Assembly (NCBI GenBank): GCA_965204725.1
Contig: OZ242005.1
Span: 1,824,001 to 1,888,000 of the forward strand
Source: Candidatus Latescibacterota bacterium
GTDB lineage: Bacteria > Latescibacterota > UBA2968 > UBA8231
DNA: 64,000 nucleotides
Reading direction: 5' to 3'
Every line of letters starts with the position of its first letter. Within the stretch, counting starts at the first letter, position 1. This document shows, piece by piece, positions 58,482-64,000 of this stretch. Under the pieces are notes generated by a model. It did no database searches, was not told where the DNA came from, and saw only the letters and a program-made list of their open reading frames with translations. The position numbers were made by a program, and so were the translations under genes.

Positions 58482-58660
58482 TGTAGTAAGGTTGGTGGTT
58501 AAAAGTAGGGGCTGAAAAAGCAAAAGTCCAATACCCGCTTTCCCCATTCCACAACGGGAACTCCGACCCGGGCATAGCGAGCATTCAAGACGCCCGCGGC
58601 CAGCGTAGTGCCCACGCCGCGTCAATCCTCGGGGGGCTGGCGCGCCCTTTAGCCCTCGCA

Positions 58661-59788
58661 CTACCAAGGAATGGCGTCGTACAAAAAGGCCGCGGCCGCG
58701 GCATGCGCCCGACTGTTGGGATGAAAATCCGTCGGGTGAACCCAATAGTCCCGAGCGTCCTTACCAGCGAATAGCGGGAGCAGGTCCACGTGGTGGATCC
58801 CCTCTTGCCGCGCCACGGCCCCGATGATTTCGTGTGCCTCTGTTAGCGGATAGGCATCAAGTTGGTGGAATACAGGCCAGACGACCAAAGAGAAGGCAAC
58901 CCCCTTCGCCGAGCAGTACTTCTTCATCCAGCGGAGTACCTGCTGGGTCTGGGGCCAATGGGGGTTGTTGGTGTAGAGTTGTCGATACCACTCAATGGTA
59001 TCGCCGGCGATCTGCTGCCGCTGCAAGCGTAGGGCAAACCAACGCAGGGTATAGCTGTCCCGTCCCGCCAAAAATCGGGCGGCGGCCTTGGACCGGGACC
59101 GCAAGATCATAAAATCGTTAAATTCACCTTCCAACTCCAGACGACGCCCGTTCTTTTTTGTAATACCTCTCAATTCTCTTTCCCACTTAGAAAGACGCCC
59201 CTTAAAAATTGGATCGTTTAGGACAAACGAATACACGACGCGATCAACCCGAGCAAAGTACTCGACATAATGCTCCATGAACTCGGCGACCTGCTCGATA
59301 TTCCTGCCCGACATACAGGCATTGAAGAGTCGATAGTGCTCGGCTGGGTACTCCCGATACAAGCGGGTCTCCAAGACATTCGAAAAGCGATCCACCACCC
59401 GCACCCCTTGACCAAAGCAGAAGGAGTCGCCGACTAACACGACGATTTTGTCCCGCTCCGCATCGAACGCAGCCATGGGCCGCTCGCGCAGTCCCTCTTC
59501 GTTGCGGCGTATCTCAATGGCATTGGGCACTTTACGCGGCGATAGATTGGCGCGGTTGGTCAACTCCCCAAACGGGTGTGCCCGTCGCAAATCCCAGTCG
59601 GGCGTACTCGCAAAGTGGTCGTCGTAGCACGACAGCCTAAGGCTTGGATCGTCCGTATCGTAACCGACCGAGGGATAGACCGGGTTGACCCGAGCGAGGA
59701 GCCAAAAAGAGACTTCAACCACGAGCGCACTAACGGCCAAACTCGCAACGACCAACAGCAGTTTACCGCCGATCTTGCCGCGCTCCAT
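58661..59788 (-). CDS. SGNH/GDSL hydrolase family protein, copy 2
   Basis: Same motifs as copy 1; AGGAGG RBS before ATG 59788. Confidence 0.88.
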   Translation of the reverse strand: MERGKIGGKLLLVVASLAVSALVVEVSFWLLARVNPVYPSVGYDTDDPSLRLSCYDDHFASTPDWDLRRAHPFGELTNRANLSPRKVPNAIEIRRNEEGLRERPMAAFDAERDKIVVLVGDSFCFGQGVRVVDRFSNVLETRLYREYPAEHYRLFNACMSGRNIEQVAEFMEHYVEYFARVDRVVYSFVLNDPIFKGRLSKWERELRGITKKNGRRLELEGEFNDFMILRSRSKAAARFLAGRDSYTLRWFALRLQRQQIAGDTIEWYRQLYTNNPHWPQTQQVLRWMKKYCSAKGVAFSLVVWPVFHQLDAYPLTEAHEIIGAVARQEGIHHVDLLPLFAGKDARDYWVHPTDFHPNSRAHAAAAAFLYDAIPW

Positions 59789-59902
59789 GTTCGGAATTTC
59801 CTCCTTTAACGCGAATAGTGAGCATTCAAGACGCCCGCGGCCAGCATAGCACCCCACGCCGCGTCAATCCTCGGGGGGCTGGCGCGCCCTTTAGCTCTCG
59901 CA

Positions 59903-61045
59903 CTACCAAGGAATGGCGTCGTACAAAAAGGCCGCTGCCTCGGCGTGCGCCCGACTGTTGGGATGAAAATCCGTCGGGTGAACCCAGTACTCCCGGGCGT
60001 CCTTGCCAGCGAATAGCGGGAGCAGGTCCACGTAGTGAATCCCCTCCTGCCGCGCCACGGCCTCGATGAGTTCGTGGACCTCTGTTAGGGGGTAGGCGTC
60101 CAGTTGGTAGAATACAGGCCAGACGACCAAAGAGAAGGCAATCCCCTTCGCCGAGCAGTACGTCTTCATCCGGCGGAGCACCTGCCGGGTCTGGGGCCAC
60201 TGGGGGTTGTTGGTGTAGAGTTGTCGATACCACTCCACGGTATCGCCGGCGATCTGCTGCCGCTGCAAGCGTAGGGCAAACCAACGCAGGGTATAGCTGT
60301 CCCGTCCCGCCAAAAATCGGGCGGGGCTGGTCCTGGTCCGTAAGTGCATAAAATCGTTAAATTCACCTTCCAACTCCAGACGACGCCCGTTCTTTGAAAT
60401 AATACCTCTGCTCAATTCTCTTTCCCACTTCGCCAGACGCCCCTTAAAAATTGGATCATTTAGGACAAACGAATACACGACGTGATCAACCCGATCAAAG
60501 TACTCGACATAATGCTCCATGACCTCGGCGATCCACTCGATACCCCGGTCCCGCTTACAGCCACTAAAGAGCCGATAGTGCTCGGCTGGGCACTCCCGCT
60601 TCAATCGGGCCTCCAAGACATTCGGAAAGCGATCCACCACCCGCACCCCCTGACCAAAGCAAAAGGAGTCGCCGACCAACACGACGATTTTGTCCCGCTC
60701 CGCATCGAATGCAGCCATGGGCCGCTCGCGCAGTCCCTCTTCGTTGAGGCGTATCTCAACGGCATTGGGCACTTTGCGCGGCGATAGATTGGCGAGGGCG
60801 GGATCTCTGTTGGCATTCCCCAGATAGGTCAACTCTCCAAACAGGTGTGCCCGCCGCAGATCCCAGTCGGGCGTACCTGCAAAGTGGTCGTCGTAGCATG
60901 ACAGCTCAAGGCTTGGATCGTCCGTCTTGTAATAGACCATGGGATAGATCGGCTCGGCCTGAGCGAGGAGCCAAAAAGAGATTTCAACGACGAGCGCACT
61001 AACGACCAAACTCGCAACGACCAACAGCAGCTTACCGCGATCCAT
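59903..61045 (-). CDS. SGNH/GDSL hydrolase family protein, copy 3
   Basis: Same motifs; AGGAGG RBS before ATG 61045. Confidence 0.88.
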   Translation of the reverse strand: MDRGKLLLVVASLVVSALVVEISFWLLAQAEPIYPMVYYKTDDPSLELSCYDDHFAGTPDWDLRRAHLFGELTYLGNANRDPALANLSPRKVPNAVEIRLNEEGLRERPMAAFDAERDKIVVLVGDSFCFGQGVRVVDRFPNVLEARLKRECPAEHYRLFSGCKRDRGIEWIAEVMEHYVEYFDRVDHVVYSFVLNDPIFKGRLAKWERELSRGIISKNGRRLELEGEFNDFMHLRTRTSPARFLAGRDSYTLRWFALRLQRQQIAGDTVEWYRQLYTNNPQWPQTRQVLRRMKTYCSAKGIAFSLVVWPVFYQLDAYPLTEVHELIEAVARQEGIHYVDLLPLFAGKDAREYWVHPTDFHPNSRAHAEAAAFLYDAIPW

Positions 61046-61097
61046 GTTCGGAATTTCCTCCTTTAACGTGAGTTCCGGTTCCGGGCATAGCGAGCAT

Positions 61098-62132
61098 TCA
61101 AGACGCCCGCGGCCAGAGCAGCGCCCGCTCTGGGTCAATGCGCGGATACACGGTCTCGCCCGGGGCAAAACGCCGCTCCTTAGACGCGGTGATGTGGATG
61201 GACGCCCCGGCCCAATCCACCCATAAAATCCATGCGGCCCCGGCGTCCTCCACCACGCGCACCACGCCCGGCACCCGCCCCCCGGTGGGCGCGATGTCCT
61301 CCGGCCGGACGCCGAGCAGCATCTCGCCCGCGCCGCTCTGGGCCGGCATCCGCTCGACCTCGTTGGGGCCAATCCACCAATCCCCGCGCCGCTCGACGCG
61401 CAGGATGTTGATCGCGGGTTGACCCAACTGGCGCGCCACTACCGGCGAGACCGGCCGACGATAAATGACCTCTGGGCGGCCCTGCTGCAAAATCCGCCCT
61501 TCGGCCAGCACGGCAATGGAATCGCCCATGGACAGGGCCTCGGCTTGGTCGTGGGTCACGTAGATCGCCGGAATGCCCAGTTCTTGCCGCAACAGGGCCA
61601 GCTCTAGGCGGAGGGACTCCCGCAGCTTGGCGTCCAAATTGGTCAGCGGCTCGTCGAACAGAAACAGCCGCGGCCGCCGCACAATCGCCTGCCCAATGGC
61701 CACCCGCTGCATCTCCCCTCCCGACAGGCGGGCCGCCGGCCGGTCGAGCAGGCGTTCGATCTTGAGCAGCTCGGCCGCCCAGCCGACGCGGCGGTCGATC
61801 TCGCCGCTCGCTAGCTGCCAACGCGGTGCCTTGAGCGGAAATTCCAAATTGCGCCGTACGCTCCAATCGGGATACAGGGCGAAGTGCTGAAAGACAAACG
61901 CAACGTCGCGGTCGGCCGGCGGCCAGTCCGTCACCGCTTCGCCGCCCATCTCGACCCGGCCCGCATCGGGCGCGTCCAACCCCGCGACGATCCGCAGCAG
62001 CGTAGTCTTACCCGCGCCGGTCGGCCCCAGCACCACCAGCATCTCGTCGGCCCCCAACGACAGGTCAATGCCCGACAGGACCTCGGCCCGGCCAAAGCAC
62101 CGCCGCACCCCTCGTAGCTGCAACCAAGCCAT
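61098..62132 (-). CDS. Sugar ABC transporter ATP-binding protein (MalK-like)
   Basis: GPTGAGKT, LSGGEMQR, FDEPLTNLD, YVTHDQ; ATG at 62132. Confidence 0.93.
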   Translation of the reverse strand: MAWLQLRGVRRCFGRAEVLSGIDLSLGADEMLVVLGPTGAGKTTLLRIVAGLDAPDAGRVEMGGEAVTDWPPADRDVAFVFQHFALYPDWSVRRNLEFPLKAPRWQLASGEIDRRVGWAAELLKIERLLDRPAARLSGGEMQRVAIGQAIVRRPRLFLFDEPLTNLDAKLRESLRLELALLRQELGIPAIYVTHDQAEALSMGDSIAVLAEGRILQQGRPEVIYRRPVSPVVARQLGQPAINILRVERRGDWWIGPNEVERMPAQSGAGEMLLGVRPEDIAPTGGRVPGVVRVVEDAGAAWILWVDWAGASIHITASKERRFAPGETVYPRIDPERALLWPRAS

Positions 62133-63172
62133 CAGAGCCGCTGGCCGCTCGTCGGGTCGAACAACAGCGCCCGGTCCAAGTCCAAACCCAAAGCCGCTCC
62201 CACATCCATCCGCTGCCGAGCGGGCACCCGCATGACCAGCCGACCGCACTCGGCCTGTAGGTGGATGTAGCGGCACGCGCCTTGGTATTCGTCGCGCACC
62301 ACCTCGGCCCGCAGCCGCGCTTTGGCGGCCGGCCGCACGAACTCCGGCCGCACCCCCAAGGTCGCCGGTCCCGACCGCACCGGCTCGGCCAGCGGCCAGT
62401 TCAACCCCGGTGCGACAAAGCAGCCCGCGCGAACTTCCCCGGTGATGAAGTTCATGCTGGGGCTGCCGATAAAACGCGCCACAAACAGGTCGGCTGGCTG
62501 GTCGTACACCCAAGCCGCGGCCCCGCGCTGGCGAATCCGGCCCTCGTCCATGACCACCACTTGATCGGCCAAGCTCAGGGCCTCCTCCTGATCGTGGGTC
62601 ACGTACAAGGTGGTAATTCCGGCGTCGAGCTGTTGGGCGCGGATCATCTCCCGCATCTCCAGCCGCAAATCCGCGTCAAGCGTGCCCAACGGCTCGTCCA
62701 TCAGGTAGAGCTGCGGCCGCCGCACCATGGCCCGCGCCAAGGCCACCCGCTGCTGATCGCCGCCGGCGAGCTGCCGGGGATAGCGCCCGACCAACGCGCC
62801 CAACCCCAACCGCTCGACGATGTCGGCCACCCGCTGCCGCCGTTCCCCCCGACTCAACCCCATGCTCTCCAGCGGAAAGCCGATGTTGTCCTCGACCTTT
62901 AGGTGCGGATAGAGCGCGTAAAACTGAAACGCGAACCCCACGTCGCGCTCGGCCGGCGAGCGGCCGGTGATGTCCGCGCCGGCCAGCACAATCTGCCCGG
63001 CCGTGGGCTTTTCGAGGCCAGCGACCATCCGCAGCGTCGTCGTCTTGCCGCACCCGGAAGGCCCCAACAGCACGGCGAACTCGCCCGCGCCGCAGCGCAA
63101 GTCAATGCCGCGCACGGCGTGTGTGCCGTCCGCGTAGGTCTTGGTCAAGCCCGCACAAGCGAGAAAGCTCAT
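62132..63172 (-). CDS. Sugar ABC transporter ATP-binding protein (MalK-like)
   Basis: GPSGCGKT, LAGGDQQR, MDEPLGTLD, YVTHDQ, FIGSP.MN. Confidence 0.93.
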   Translation of the reverse strand: MSFLACAGLTKTYADGTHAVRGIDLRCGAGEFAVLLGPSGCGKTTTLRMVAGLEKPTAGQIVLAGADITGRSPAERDVGFAFQFYALYPHLKVEDNIGFPLESMGLSRGERRQRVADIVERLGLGALVGRYPRQLAGGDQQRVALARAMVRRPQLYLMDEPLGTLDADLRLEMREMIRAQQLDAGITTLYVTHDQEEALSLADQVVVMDEGRIRQRGAAAWVYDQPADLFVARFIGSPSMNFITGEVRAGCFVAPGLNWPLAEPVRSGPATLGVRPEFVRPAAKARLRAEVVRDEYQGACRYIHLQAECGRLVMRVPARQRMDVGAALGLDLDRALLFDPTSGQRL

Positions 63173-63333
63173 CGCTCATCGCTCTGCCAGTGCGTAGTAA
63201 TGATGTGCAGGATGGTAAAGAGCGCGGTGGCAAAGAATCCGTAGCGCAGCCCCGCGCCCCAAAGCGGCTGCAACATCAATCCCACGCCGGCGACCATGCC
63301 CGCGAGGGCGCAGCGATCCAACCACCGGCTCAT
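63169..63333 (-). CDS. 54-aa two-TM protein in the ABC operon (not in ORF track)
   Basis: MSRWLDRCALAGMVAGVGLMLQPLWGAGLRYGFFATALFTILHIITTHWQSDER*, with ATGA overlaps at both ends. Confidence 0.75.
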   Translation of the reverse strand: MSRWLDRCALAGMVAGVGLMLQPLWGAGLRYGFFATALFTILHIITTHWQSDER

Positions 63334-64000
63334 CGCTTAATCGTCCCAAAGGTGACGCCGCGCAGCAGGTGCTGGCGCACCAAGACCGTAAAGACGATGA
63401 TCGGCGCGACAAAAACGAGCATCCCCGCGCTGATCTGGGCCCACGGCAAGCCCGACACATTGCCCTGCAACCCGGCGAAGTAAACCGGCACGGTAACGGC
63501 CTTTTGGTTGTTGAGCGTCATGGCAAACCCGTACTCGTTCCAAGCGGAGATCAGGCAGAACACCGCGGTGCCTGCCATCCCGGGCACGGCCCGCGGCAGG
63601 ACGACCAAGCGAAAGGCTTGGAAGCGCGTGTAACCGGCCACCAGCGCGGCCTCTTCGTACGCGGTGGGTATTTCGTCGATAAAGCCCTTCATCAGCCACA
63701 CGGCCAGCGACATATTGAACGCCGTGTACAGCAAGACCAAGCCCATGTAGCTGTTTTGGAGATCGAATTGGCGGTACATCATCAGCATCGGCACGACCAC
63801 GGCGAGGGGCGGCAAAAAGCGCGTCGAGAGGATGAAAAACAGCCAGTCGCGCCCCCCGGGGATGGCAAAGCGGCTAAAGCCATAGGCCGCGCAGGTGCCA
63901 ATCAGCACCGAGCACAAGGTGCTGCAAAGGCCAATGACCAAGCTGTTGCCCAAGTAGTGGAAAAAGGCGTGCTCCCCGCCGGCGTACACCGCGGCCAGTT
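63330..64000 (-). CDS. Carbohydrate ABC transporter permease (5' end outside window)
   Basis: NSLVI, AAYGFSRF, EEAALVAG EAA loop, SAWNEY, LLRGVTFG. Confidence 0.92.
   Translation of the reverse strand, partial: LAAVYAGGEHAFFHYLGNSLVIGLCSTLCSVLIGTCAAYGFSRFAIPGGRDWLFFILSTRFLPPLAVVVPMLMMYRQFDLQNSYMGLVLLYTAFNMSLAVWLMKGFIDEIPTAYEEAALVAGYTRFQAFRLVVLPRAVPGMAGTAVFCLISAWNEYGFAMTLNNQKAVTVPVYFAGLQGNVSGLPWAQISAGMLVFVAPIIVFTVLVRQHLLRGVTFGTIKR

Noticed and set aside
57932-58745. ORFs of 137 and 135 aa between SGNH copies
   Set aside because: They run through MITE-like repeats and the duplicated junction and show no recognisable protein features.
56814-61045. Diversity-generating retroelement explanation for the SGNH repeats
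   Set aside because: All three copies are full ORFs, differences include indels and non-adenine changes, and no reverse transcriptase is in the window.
240-63699. Numerous long antisense or alternate-frame ORFs in the track
   Set aside because: They are Arg/Pro/Ala-rich shadows of real genes, as expected at high GC, and carry no family motifs.

Overview
A GC-rich bacterial chromosomal window. It is mostly catabolic and transport genes: Gfo/Idh/MocA and hydroxyacid dehydrogenases, three enolase-superfamily enzymes, PhyH dioxygenase, cupins, sugar kinases, a TonB receptor, a sodium:solute symporter and a sugar ABC transporter. This gene mix resembles sponge-associated Latescibacterota/Poribacteria-like genomes (inference only). 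The main accessory region is a ~12.4 kb defence-type island (33741-46118). It holds a translationally coupled five-gene operon: triple-ubiquitin-like protein, cysteine-free E2, JAB-E1 fusion, DUF6527-like Cys/His protein, and ABC-ATPase/TOPRIM (OLD-like) nuclease. A divergent XRE-HTH + ImmA/IrrE peptidase pair lies upstream. The core matches Bub-type bacterial ubiquitination operons; I do not know of a description of the coupled DUF6527 + OLD-like extension. The island also has a type I R-M system with a half-size single-TRD HsdS, a DUF4143 AAA ATPase and a Uma2 nuclease. Other accessory features are a small DUF2971 islet (1660-3455), two repeat-expanded membrane-anchored coiled-coil genes, a mosaic tandem triplet of SGNH hydrolases whose units repeat the 3' end of the neighbouring ABC gene, several REP/MITE-like repeats and short ORFs missed by the ORF track. 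I saw no tRNA, rRNA, CRISPR array, integrase or transposase. All family assignments come from reading motifs by eye, not from database searches.
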